Positions 25,050 through 37,900 of a stretch of DNA of 64,000 bases are shown here, in pieces. Below the pieces are notes generated by a model. That model worked only from the letters and a program-made list of their open reading frames with translations. It was not told where the DNA came from and searched no databases. Source of the DNA: Octopus vulgaris (Eukaryota); NCBI GenBank assembly GCA_951406725.2, contig OX597818.1:2418001-2482000 (forward strand), in the 5' to 3' direction. Position 1 is the stretch's first letter, and each line of letters starts with the position of its first letter. The position numbers were made by a program, and so were the translations under genes.

Positions 25050-25220
25050 AGAAATGTCCATTTGGAGATAATGAGAATCTTCGGTTTACGGTGATATTTC
25101 CAGGCAGTGACAAAACGATTGTACCATCAAATTGTAGACAACTTTTAGAATTGGTTCCAGGAGTTTGTGTTAATCAGGCACAAAGGGCCCATTGCTGCAA
25201 AACATGTAATCCAGACAAAG
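25050..25220 (+). CDS. Exon: 6-Cys PLAC-like module (EKCPFGDNENLRFTVIFPGSDKTIVPSNCRQLLELVPGVCVNQAQRAHCCKTCNPDK)
   Basis: Acceptor ttttcag, donor AAG|gtagga, phase 1-1, 171 nt. Cys spacing C-x25-C-x10-C-x8-CC-x2-C resembles PLAC domains. Confidence 0.85.
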
Positions 25221-25659
25221 GTAGGAAACAAAATTGAATGTGGAACCTGAGGAAAGTAGAGGTGGTTTGTGTGATAAAGATTGTCTTTGTATACCACAGG
25301 TTAATGAGATAATTGGTAAAATATTAATGAGAGGTACAACAGTGAATGATTAATCATGGAACTGCTGAACACAAGTTTTAGACACTGTCGATAAGACATT
25401 GCTATGTGTGTATGTATTTAAGTATGTATGTTTTTAAGTATGTATGTGTGTATGTATTTAAGTATGTATGTGTGTATGTATTTAAGTATGTATGTGTGTA
25501 TGTATTTAAGTATGTATGTTCCTTTTGGATACCAACAATGCCAATTGTCACATATCAAACATATTTTCACAGTTCCTATGACATAAGCACTGGATTTTCA
25601 AGAGCAAAAAAATGACAATGGATTTAGGGCCAAAATAAACAGAGGCGCAAATAGACTTT

Positions 25660-27040
25660 CACCTTAGGATAATTCTGTTGAAATATTAATAACATCAGGG
25701 GCAATTATTCCACTTTCAGTCAAAAGAATGAGAATTGTGCACCAGGTCTTCATTAACCTTTCAATGGCAGAAACTAAGGCAAAAAGTACTTTTACCAACT
25801 GTTGTGACTTCAATAGCCATGAATGAGGAATGGGATTGAATGCATTTCTGGAATCAAGCCATATGTCACAATGTTTCTTCACATTCCTTTCTTTTCACCC
25901 TTCTGCGATATCGTTAGACTTTCAATGATCTTGAAAAAACTGGTTCAGGCAGCTGGTGTACAATTTGTACATAATGTTCATACAATCTATAAGCTTATAA
26001 TTCTCTGCCAGAAGAATGATTTGGTTCTTGGTGACAGTGTTTGTTCATGCTATGGCAAGCCAGTTTGGTATATCACTCTGTCCCTCCTTTTAAATATGTA
26101 TATTATTGATTTTCTATATAAGGTCAATGTCATGTACCAGTAGCTAGATGTCTCTTCCTGGTGCATCACTATTATGAAGCTTTCCCTCAGCTTTGGTAAA
26201 AGTTTCTACATTCATCATACACTCTTTACTGTTGATGTTGGTGCAGTTTTCTTATATTACTGTGGTATTCTGATTAAAATCTTGCCTTTTGTTCTTGATC
26301 TTTGACCAGAATGATTTTAGCACTTCCTGGGGTGGTGCTCTTTTCACTATGATGTTTCTCAACATCCTCTTGATTACAACTTGTGGAAGAAAACTTGCAT
26401 GTTATATTACCTCATGTATGTGTGTTTTCTCTTTGCTTTTTAGTTTAAAGTTAATTTTGATGATCACCTGCTTGGTATTAAGATAGTAGTGCAAAGCATC
26501 TTATTCATCTTAGTTTGTTCATCATCTTTTAAATCTTAAGAAGCACTTGCAGATTTTTATTGCCCCAAATATTTTGATCATTTGTAGCATATGAATCAAG
26601 GAGTTGTATTCTCTCCCTACTAACCCAAGTTCAGCCACACTTTGCTTCAAGTTGGTTGGTTGCTCCAATTATGATGAAGTATGCAACTGGAAGTGTATCT
26701 TGGGTATTGGATTTGAAAACTTCTTAGACATATTCCTTCTCCCGTATTTTTCTGACCATGCCCAGAATGTACCAACATGGTCAGAAAAATATAGGTTCCA
26801 ACAATAGAACAAAATTTTTTCTTATGCAACTTGTTTTTATTTTTTAACTTGCCTCTTTTAATTTTTAAGTTTTACCAATATTCTTTCGACCCATCAGCCT
26901 CAATATAGTCGATTTTGTTCGTATTTTATTTTTATATCCTGTTCCAGCATGTTCTGGCCACCACATCATGCCTCATAAGAAGATAATATCTAGAAGGCAT
27001 TCTCTTTCAGTTGTCGATAATGTGATTGATGTCTTTAGTC
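25660..27040 (-). mobile_element. Third, strongly decayed R4/Dong-like fragment
   Basis: WLDSRNAFNPIPHSWLLK is an RT domain-3-like WxDxxKAFDSxPHSW motif; the rest has many stops. Confidence 0.6.
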
Positions 27041-27109
27041 TTGGTCTTGCACAGCCTACATTTGTTGTCTGTCAATATTTTCTGCCCTTTATGCTGTAAG
27101 TACTTGGTG

Positions 27110-27620
27110 GGAATCGCTTGTTTTTGAATTGCATGAAGGTAGCTTTCAAAGTGGGATGTCATAAACTTGTCAGTATTCCATGCCAATTATGTTGTTGATT
27201 TCATGCTCACAAACTTGCGCAAGATACATATTAGCTTCTGTGATGCATTGTCAGCACAAATGAATTTGTCTTCTTGTCAGCTATTCATGTCAGTGATCAC
27301 AATTGATGGTATCCCACTGCATGTTTTGTTCTCAATGCTGGTTTCCTCTTCTTTAAACTTCCTTACCTATTTGTACATATTGCTCTTATCAATAGGGTAA
27401 TCTCTATAATCAAACCATAGCCTTCTGGGGATGTTAGACAGCCAGCATATTGCCTTCAATAGGAACTCAATGATGTCACATTGGTTCTGCTTGGAACCCA
27501 TTATTTGCCTGCAATGAAGAAGAATAGGCAGAAGAGTCACTATAGAGAAAAAGTTACTGTACCTATATGTGCAATTTGAATAAATTATGTCAATTAATAA
27601 AACATCAAACCTACTTTAGT
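27110..27620 (-). mobile_element. Decayed mariner fragment
   Basis: Minus strand gives remnants such as IENKTCSGIPS...DRRQIH...EANMYLAQVCEH.....IGM..LT, similar to a mariner N-terminus. Confidence 0.45.
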
Positions 27621-27687
27621 ATTACCTTCAGTACAACACTCATATAGGTATATAGAGGTATGTGTGTGTGTATATATATATATAAGT

Positions 27688-27975
27688 GAAGGCATGTGGT
27701 TTAGTGGCTAGAGGTATTCAGATTACAATCGAAAGCTCATGAGTTCACTATCCAATGGTGACACATTGTGTCTTTGAGCAAGTCACTTTATTCCATATCA
27801 CTCCAGTCCTCTCAGCTGACAAAAATGAGTAGTACCTGTATTTCAAAAGGCTGGCTTTGTCATATTCTGTATCATACTGAATCTCCATGAGAACTACTAT
27901 GTCTGTGGAGTCCCCAACCACTTGCTCATTAATTTCATGAGCAGGCTGTTCCATTGATTGGAGTAACTGAAACTC
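27688..27975 (+). mobile_element. tRNA-derived SINE, second family
   Basis: tRNA-like head (tggtttagtgg A box, gagttcact B-box-like) followed by gtgtctttgagcaagtcacttta, typical of SINE cores. Confidence 0.6.
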
Positions 27976-28079
27976 AATTTATATATATGTGTGTGTGTTT
28001 TGGGTTTTATACTTAGTTGTATAAGAATCCATAAGTCAGAAAAATATGCACACACATATTTGCCAATAGAATGGATATT

Positions 28080-28277
28080 CTTTTATTCTTTTATTTGTTT
28101 CAGTCCTTAGACTGCGACCATGTTGGAGCACCACCTTTAGTCAAACAAATTGACTCCAGGATTTATTTTTTATATGCCTAGTATTTATTCTATCAGTCTC
28201 TTTTGCTGAACTGTTTAGTTACAGGGATGTAAATATACCAACATCGGTTGTCAAGTGATGCTGGGGGACAAACACAG

Positions 28278-28308
<31 letters not shown>

Positions 28309-28450
28309 CAACAGACTTCTTTCAGTTTCTATCTACCAAATCCATTCACAAGGTTTTGGTTGGCCCAAGGCTATAATAGAAGACACTTGCCCATGCAGTG
28401 GGAATGAACCTGGAACCAAGCTACTTACCATACAGCCTCTCCTGCACCTT
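28080..28450 (-). mobile_element. tRNA-derived SINE copy (family A)
   Basis: Reverse complement of 59429-59830 over nearly its full length. Confidence 0.85.
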
Positions 28451-28868
28451 ACATACGTAAATTTCGAAAGACAATACAAATATGTAAGAAAAAAATTAGA
28501 ATCATAGTAATTATAATTAAATTTATGCATCGTCATTCTCATCAATGTGAGGGAATTTTTGGAAGAACATCAAAAAAGCTTTAATAAAATAAAATATAAT
28601 AAGGGAGAATACAGATGGAGTAATAGGGAAAAATCGGATATTTACAAAGTTGTAAAAAGGGAAAATAATGATAATAATAGTGAGAGAGACGAAAAAGAAA
28701 GACATATGCAAGTCTATATATGCAGTAAACTATAACATAAAGATAAAAATCTAATGGATATGTTTCTTCTGCACCTTCTTATAGGATTAGAAATAATTTG
28801 ATTTTTCATTATTGAATTGATAAAAGGTGGGTTTTATCTAATTCATATATACATACATATATATATAC

Positions 28869-28907
<39 letters not shown>

Positions 28908-28938
28908 AACATGTACATATATATATGTATATGTGTTG

Positions 28939-28989
<51 letters not shown>

Positions 28990-29004
28990 CTGTATCATCA
29001 TCAT

Positions 29005-29570
29005 CATTTAGTGTCCATTTTCCATGCTAGCATGGGTTAGGTGGTTTGACTCAAACTGGTAAGCCAAAGGGCTACACCAAGTTCCAAACTGATTTGGTAT
29101 GGTTTCTATGGTTGGATGCCCTTCCTAATGCCAACCACTCCAAGAGTGTAAAGGGTGCTTTTTACATACTCCCAACATGGGTGCTTTCCTGTATCACTGA
29201 TACAGGTGCCAGTTATGTGACACCAGCATCGACCATTAATATGATTTCACTTGGCTTGACAAGGCTTCACAAGCATGGCGTATTGCCAAATGTCTTGCTC
29301 ACTAGTCATCGTCTCCATGAGGCCCAACGTTCAAAGATCATGCTTCACCACCTTGTCCCATATCCTCCTGGGTCTACTTCTACCACATGTTCTCTTCACA
29401 GAGATCAGCACTTCTTTACACAGCTATCCTCATCCATATGCAACACATGACCATACCAGTGCAGTAGTTTCTCTTGCACACCACATTGGATGTGTCTTAT
29501 GCCCAACTTTTTCCTCAAGACAAATACTCGGTCATGCATGCACACTGACATTGCACATCCAGTGAAGCAT
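29005..29570 (-). mobile_element. RTE LINE 3' fragment
   Basis: Same ggatgcccttcctaatgccaaccactcc tail and catgaccataccag (WYGHV) segment as 11385-12400. Confidence 0.75.
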
Positions 29571-30878
29571 ACTTGAGCCTATGCATAAGATGATTACAAT
29601 ATAATTTCTAATATCCATAGATATTATGGTGGGTGATGCTATATTGCCTGAAGAGATCAATGCATGTACAACAACCTACCATAATGTCCATGGATATTAC
29701 AAATTATATTGTAATTGTCTTATGGATGTGGATTACAGTCACAAAGAACATGTGATTTGTGGAAATGTGCATAGCAATACATTGAAATATTAATGAAATT
29801 CCATCCTTGAATTATTATTATTATTACTATATTTATCTTATTTTATAATGTACTATCAGTACTATCCCATAAAATTGCTATTGCAAACTGGTAATACTAG
29901 GCTGTAATGAGCATAATAACAAAAGAGCTTTTATGTACTGACTGAAAAATGTTTCCTGTAAATGAATTTAAAGCATGTATATATATAAACACCCACACAC
30001 GTCTATATATAAACACATACACACACACACACACACATATGTATATATATATACACACACATGCAACATTGATCATTAGATAGGTAGGTGTCAGTTCCTG
30101 TTTGATGGTGAGGCAATCAAGGATGATGGAGTTGTATTTTACTAGCACAAGACTGTAAATTAGAGGAAAAGGATAGTGTTGTGCACTTTGACTCATTGTG
30201 TGTGTGTGCTTGTGTTTGTGTGTATGCATGCATGCATACGTTCATGTGTGTGTGTGCAGGTGAACTCACATACATGGCTATATGTGTATGCACATGTGGC
30301 TACATGTTTGTATGTAGGTGAATGTATATGGTTACACATGTATGTGAAAGTGAAGACAAATGCTTGACTTTGTATGCATGTGTGTGCATTTTTGCAGGTA
30401 AACACATACATGACAATATGTGTGTGTAGGAAAACAACACACATTCCCACCTGTGTGTGCAGGATAACACCCATGCATGACTATTTGTGTGTATGTATGC
30501 AAAGGAACATACACACATATATGTTTGTTTGTTTATTTTACTGTTCTTTTGTTTCAATCATTTGACTGTGACCTTACTGGAGTATCACTTTGAAGGATGT
30601 TGATGAAATTGACTCTAGTACTTATTTTTAAGCACTGGGGTCAATTTGTGCCAAACCACTAAGTTTCTGGAATGTAAACAAACCAACACTAGTTGTCAAA
30701 CAGTGTGAAACAATCATAAAGATGTACATGCACACACCTCTTCCACACACACACACACACCTCCTCCACACACACACACACATACACAACATGCGCGTGT
30801 GCACACACACACATACAGTGGGCTTCCCCACAAATTAAACATAATATTTGTTTACATAAATTCTTTCATTTATTTCAG

Positions 30879-30967
30879 AAACCCCAGGTTCTGCTGCTGC
30901 AAATCCGATGAAATTTTGGTGCTTCATTATTTTGATAACATATGTAACATTCTTTTATCTCTTCTAA
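30879..30967 (+). CDS. Putative terminal exon encoding a GPI-anchor signal (ETPGSAAANPMKFWCFIILITYVTFFYLF*)
   Basis: Acceptor tttatttcag, in phase 1 with the donor at 25220. Small-residue cluster GSAAA, short polar spacer, then a hydrophobic tail ending at TAA 30965-30967. Confidence 0.7.
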
Positions 30968-31099
30968 CTGAAGTAAAGAAACAACAGATGAACAGTAGTT
31001 GTGTGTATAAGTGGATGTATATTCCAGTTTTTAACTGATGTGTTGTGTATATGTTCATAAACAGATATAATTTTAAATTATATTGTTGTGTACATATAT

Positions 31100-31642
31100 A
31101 AGTTTTGATATTTCAAGTAAAACCTTACTTTAGAAAGAGAAAGTTGATCAAAGGAAAATATTTCTCTCTAATGGAAGGCCTTACTCAAAACATTAGATTG
31201 ATATCATTTTGCATCAAAGAAATTTATCCAAATGTACAAACATTATCAACTAATTTTTGCCAATGCAGACCGCACCCAGCTAAGCCAGTCTCTGATTCTT
31301 GGTTTCTATTTATAATTGTTGTATGCATGTTTTTACTATGGCTGTATTAACTGGAGAGGCCTCTTTGCAAGTGCCTTAATCCATCAATAATCATTATATT
31401 TTTCATAGATCTCACTTGCTCTTCAATTATAAATAGAAACCAAGAATCAGAGACTGGCTAAGCTGGGTGTGGTCTGCATTGGCAAAAATTAGTTGATAAT
31501 ATTTGTACATTTGGATAAATTTCTTTAATGCAAAATGATATCAATCTAATGTTTTGAGCAAGGCCTTCCATTAGAGAGAAATATTTTCCTTTGATCAACT
31601 TTCTCTTTCTAAAGAAAGGTTTTACTTGAAATATCAAAACTT
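31100..31642. repeat. Long inverted repeat: 219-bp arms (31100-31318 and 31424-31642) with a 105-bp spacer
   Basis: The arms are reverse complements with only a few mismatches, also visible as mirror ORFs 31105+ and 31670-. Confidence 0.92.
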
Positions 31643-32947
31643 TCCAAGCAATGTATAAACTATTAGTCATTTCTTCCTACTTCTCATTCTATGATTTAGC
31701 TTTTATCCTGCTTTCTTGTTTTAGCCAAGACTTCTGATGTAGATTAATTTTCTACAATCAGTTGTTAATAACTTATTAATTTTATTTTATACCAGATATT
31801 TTTGTAGCTTACATATAATTCTCTCAACAAATCTTGATATGTGCATTAACCAGTTTATGGAACCATCATAATAGAATTATTTATCAATTCAAACTTTTCA
31901 TATCTCTACAGATACTTGAAATTGATTGATTAATTGATTGAGTGTTTGATTGATTGATGTATTGTTTGGGTAATTGTTGATGTTGTTTAGTCCCAAGTTT
32001 AAAATATGTCAGGTTTATTTATTGAATATAAACCAATCAAAATGATATATTGATACAAATTCTATATTTTTTTTTTTTTTTTTTGTTAATCTTATTAATC
32101 TAATTGATCTCTGTTTATTGATCTCATAATAAAATTTCATCCTAACAGGACAAATATTTTACCTATAACTACATTCACTTACACACACATACATATAACC
32201 AAACAGAAAATAAAGGAAGGAAATAATAGCTATCCACTATAAGATGTGACTGCAAATTTAAGGAACTGCCATGTTCACCAATACAATCTTGGCAACAAAT
32301 GTGAGAAGGCAATATAACATTGTGAAATAATCTGTATTTTTGGCAACAAACCACAGATTCAACTACAGTGGGGGAAGGGTAAAAAGTAGAGGGATGTAGT
32401 TATAAGAAAGAAAGCAACTTAACTGTACTGATTCAGTCATCTTTAATATTCTTCATCTTAAACACTTCACTCTCACACCTTTACTTTTCCACAATTTTTT
32501 TCTCCAATGTTAACAAAACAGTTGATATCATTTATTAACCTGACACACAGGTAACAGTCCTCCCTTACTGTTTGAACACATATATTTAACATGCTAGGTA
32601 TTTTTGTCTGTAAACTGGGATCTCATAGACACTCTTCCATGAAGAGAAACTTGATAATTTCATCTCGTTCAACAAGACCATAACATAGACATTATCCAGG
32701 CTCGGAAAACATCTTCAAAGTACATCTTCACAACTTATGACCAGAACACATTTGAAATGGTGACAGGCCAATAGTTATGAACCCCATGACGTAGTCAATA
32801 TTGCATCACAAAATTTGGTTTAGACCTTAAATATATTTTAAAGCTTTGAATATTGAACTTGTATGCCTTATAATGGACAACTGTGCACAGATATACAAAC
32901 ACGTTCCAGAGGCAATGTTTATTTACCAACATCTAATTCTTGGTCAG

Positions 32948-32991
<44 letters not shown>

Positions 32992-33342
32992 TCGCTCTTT
33001 CTCTCTTATACTATTCAATAATCTTTGCTATTTTCAGATATAGACAACCCTTAAACCTGCCTCTCTCCTTATAATAATCTCATTGGGATCCATACCTCAC
33101 TACCACCACCACCACCACCATCCAATCACCACTTCCTACAATTAGATTCTTCTAGAATATCATCTTTGTCACATAATCACCGATTTGAACTCAACCTTAT
33201 AAACCTTACTCTGTAGTTTTAATTGGTCAAGCTATAAGGGCTTGAAAGCTTATTGGTTCTTGTTCTTAGAATAACCTAAGAAATAATGAAAACCTGAATC
33301 TGTTGTTTGGTGATGTCAAGGGCAAAAATTAACATTTTGGGA

Positions 33343-33598
33343 CAGTGCTTCTCAACTGGGGTCCATATGGCCCTTGTGGATCTGTATAAAATTTTGTTGT
33401 TAAAAATTTATGTGCAATAAATTGGCTATACTTCTACAATACACAAAATATTTTAATTTTTCATACAATTCCTAACAATATTTAATTATAAAAATACAGT
33501 AAGATTTTTTTTTATATACAGCAAATAGCTATGAAGATCCAGCAGAATAAAATAGCAATCAAAGGGATCCATAGGCCAAAAATGGTTGCAAACCACTG
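33343..33598. mobile_element. Non-autonomous hAT-type MITE
   Basis: Ends cagtgcttctcaac / gttgcaaaccactg; 8-bp TSD ttttggga / ttttagga. Confidence 0.7.
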
Positions 33599-34938
33599 TT
33601 TTAGGATATAAATAGGAGGGAGATGAGGTCTTTAGAATATACAGGTGCAGTTTCCATATTCTAAGGATTTAATAATGTTGGCAATGAATAAATAAATAGA
33701 ATTGTGTGTGTAAGAGTTATTTCAGACCCTAAATGTGTGCACTTGGTATTTTGTGGGACCCTGAAGCTTTGTTAATATTTTGGACTGAAGGGATCAAATC
33801 ATGGTTTAGCTGAAAGTGTATCTTGTGGTTTATATTCCTTTGTGTGACCAAGGCTGGAAAAATGTTTCAAAAGTGATTATCTTTCACATTTAAGAGATTT
33901 TAACTTAAAATATTGATAATTAATTAACACAAGAGCAATCCATGACATCTATTTTTTGATTTGTTATAATAAATAAAGCAATGAAATAATTTTATAAAAT
34001 GAATTTTTAAATAAAACTAATAAAACAACAAAATTTTTCACTTGTTATTATTTTATAAATGTAGAGTTAGCATTGTAAATAAATTGTCTTTGTGTGCATG
34101 TGTGTGTATATAAGCATACATACATACATACATACATATATACATGCATACTTGCATACATACATACATACATACATACATACATACATACATACATACA
34201 TACATACATACATACAATTTTCACATTAACAGTGACACCGATAGGATTTATGTGAGATGAAGTGATGGTGGTAGAACCTTTGAATGTTGCATTATATCAC
34301 TCAAACAACACCTGCTGAATGGTAAAGAAAGAAACAAGTACATTCCATGCATACTCAAAAGTGAAAGCAGCAACACATTCAAAGATGGAGAAGAACTGCT
34401 GTGCAGGTAATTTGAAAATACAACTCTCTCATGTGACTGAAAGGAGTTTGAACTGGCCTACCTATACAGAATCTTGGAGGAAAAGCAGGCATCAAACCAA
34501 TGCATGGGTACATATCTCGTAAGCTAGAGAGAAATAGCAACATTAACAGGAAGAGTATCCTCTCCTGGATCTGTAATAGATACTTTACACCTCACCTAGC
34601 AGGATATGCCCTCACTGTCCAAGAACTATAGATAGCTGCTAAACAAGGGCAAAGATACCACCAAACCTCCATGTTGTGATAAAAAAATGTCAGTTCTGCT
34701 ATACCAGAGTGGAAGATATCACTCACATCATCAGCAGATGCTCACACTTAGGTATCGACAGTTCAACCAACACACCAACTCAGTCACATATTTACAATCT
34801 GTAGGAACTCTTTTAACTCAAAAAGTCTTGTCACTTTGTTAGCAACCAGCTTGAACTTTCTCAAGGACTTAAATTAAACTCAAAGACAAATCGTACCTAC
34901 ATAACTGTGACTGAGACTTAGTTATTTTAATATTTCAG

Positions 34939-37900
34939 ATATGTTTAATCCATATTTCCAACCACTTGATAACTTTTTTCCTGTATCTAATTCCTTGTTA
35001 CTGGATTCAACTAGCCAAATATTGAAATCTATTTTAGCACTAGAAAATTTAAATGATTCTATGGCATTAGAAAACTTTCCTGTTGTCAAAATGAAACCAT
35101 TAATGAAGGAGCAGAACATCAACCAAAGTAAATTTGATTCACAGATCTATACCATTTCTACTGGAGTCAGTTCTTTAAATATTAACAGCAGACTATTGAA
35201 TATAAATACTAGTTATGTATATAGTTTTAAACAACAGCCACACACTCAAATTAATTCAGACTCTCCATTTGATGAAATGATGTCAGAATCACAAATATTT
35301 TCATCATCATTTGCTTTGAAATCATCACAGCCTTATATATCCCCTATTTTTCAAACTACAAGTAAACTTCTCTCAGAGACGCAAACTCGATCAGATTTTG
35401 ATCTTAATGCAAAACAATATTTTACTCAGAAGAATTTTTATTCTTTATCTACATTGAAAGATCTTATAACCAAAAAGTCTGTCTCTACTGAGACAGAGAA
35501 TCTCCACGGTGCTCTAATAATTTATTCTACCCAACAAATGCTATGGGCTAATTCTAAGACAGAAAGTATGTCACCATATAAATATGATCAAACTAAACTA
35601 TTTGTTCTCCATCCTTCACAATCACAAATATCTCAAATAGATGAAATAGAAAGTCTGTATCCAATCAATAAAAATCAAATATTCTTATACAATGACCATT
35701 TCTTGGGATCTTTTCAAAGTGCAATATCCCAGAGTTATTTGAGCCCATTTAAACATTTTACCACAAATGAGAGACCATTTTCTGATTTGAAGTTCTCTCT
35801 ATCAGGAAATACTTTTGCCTCAGTGAATGATCCAGCTTCTTCCACTTTTAGAAGACCTATTACTAATTCATTGGAATCTAATTCATTACATCAGCCAAAA
35901 TTTATCAAACTAACCATATCTCAGTTGATCTCAGCTTATTTTGATGAATCTCAAATACATTTTGATAGTAAAGAGCTTTTATATATGGCAACTGCTGCTG
36001 CCATTTCTGAAATACCTCAACAACAAGCAAAATGGTTAAGCAACTCTTTCAATTTTCAGAAATCTTTTCACAATAATTTGTATCAGTCTATCATACCAAT
36101 GTCTCATTTTAACGATAATCAATCATTACTACCATCATTAAAGTCTGAAATTTGGGATGTATCTAATGAATTTTGGAAATCAAAACTTGAGCCAGTGATA
36201 ATGAAATCACCTGAAGCTAATCTTTTTGGCTCTAATAGTGATAATTTAGTTCCAACTTTGAGACATCGAACAACAGATATTGTAAATCCTACCCAAAGCA
36301 TGTTACAATATTTCTTGGAGAATTTGTATACAGAATCTATGACAATAGATGAATTTGATACAAAAGAATCTCCTCACTTATCAAATACAGAAATATTGGA
36401 ACCATCTGAGGCTGTGAGTTTAGTTAATGTTGAGGACCTTTTATTGAGGACCTTACAAAATATTTTCCCATCATTTGTGTCTTTAGGAAAAACTAATACA
36501 GACACTTCCTTTACTTCATCTTCAGAAGAATTATTTCATTTACTAAATTCAGGTCTTTCATTTCATACTCAACCTTCTCACAGCATGGAACTTTTACAAC
36601 CATCTACTCACACATACATTCCTATTACTGATTTATCTGAACTATCTTTAGCTTCTTCACAGATTCAAATGCCATTAAGTTTTCAAAGTCCAGTTAATTT
36701 TGATCTTATGAACAAATTTTCTTCACCTAATATGATCTTTTACTCAGATTCTGAACAAATATTGCAAACCTCTCCTGAAAATTTCCAACCATCTCTTACT
36801 ATGACCAAATCAAATGTCTTCAGTGAGGGGCATGATAGTTATGTTTATGATAGCTTACGCTCAAAATTGGAAATTATTACAGCACCAAAAGATTCATTTG
36901 ATAAAACTCAGAGTTATTCCAATCATGTTATTTCCAGCCATATTCCAGAATTAATTGATTCATATTCAAGTTCTTCAACTTTAGAAATACCTGAAAATAT
37001 TTATTTCTCTAAGTCTTTATTACCTCTAACATCATTGAAGAACTTAATTAGTACATCATTAACTCCTGAAGTAATTTATTCAAATCCTTTTCTGCCTAAT
37101 TCCATTCAGTTTGATGATCCAAAATTTTCACTATATTCTCTTGAAATAATTGAAATATCTTCTATGATTGATCAGTTTACACAAGAATTGCCATTGATTA
37201 CGCCTCCAGTTTTTGGAAATACCATAGAATCAAATTTCAAATATTCTCCAACAACATCTACTTCCTCACAAAGTTCAGATTTCATTAGTTCTACAGAAAA
37301 TGGAAATACTTCCATATTGGCATCATCCTACTCCAGTAATTCAGTGAATCCTGTTTATGATTCTTCAATGATAAATGTTGCTGTCACCAATTTTACCATG
37401 CATAATAGTTTGGTATCAACCTTACATTCTGACATTGACTATCAACTGGAATCTATATATTCATCATCAGAATCTGTTTATCTATATTCGTCTCAGATAC
37501 CACTGTTTGTGTTGTCAAGTTTTATTAGTGAAGATAAAGAATCAAACCATTTAATTCCAGAATTTAGTTATCTGTATTCATCTCAGACATCTATGCTTGT
37601 ATCATCAAGTTTTATTAGTGAAGATAATTCAAACCCGAAATCTTCCTCAAATATATCTAATTCTAGTTTATTCACTTCAAGTAATTTAACACTTTCATCC
37701 AAACAAATGGCAACTTTGTTGATATCAAATTATACTTTAGCATCAATTAATACCAATACTTCAACAAAACAGGAGTCATTGAATAATAATAACTCTGAAA
37801 CAAAGAGAATTTCAAATCTTTTGACTGCTACAGAAAGTAGTTCCATGCAAAAAACTGAATTTTATGTTTCTACTTCATCTGTATTGGAAATGTCTTCTCG

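Noticed and set aside
34319-34522. Possible first exon for an independent KIAA1549-like gene (phase-1 donor GCAG|gtaatt near 34406)
   Set aside because: The peptide MVKKETSTFHAYSK... has no hydrophobic signal sequence, and the region looks like decayed repeat. It is not formally excluded without RNA data.
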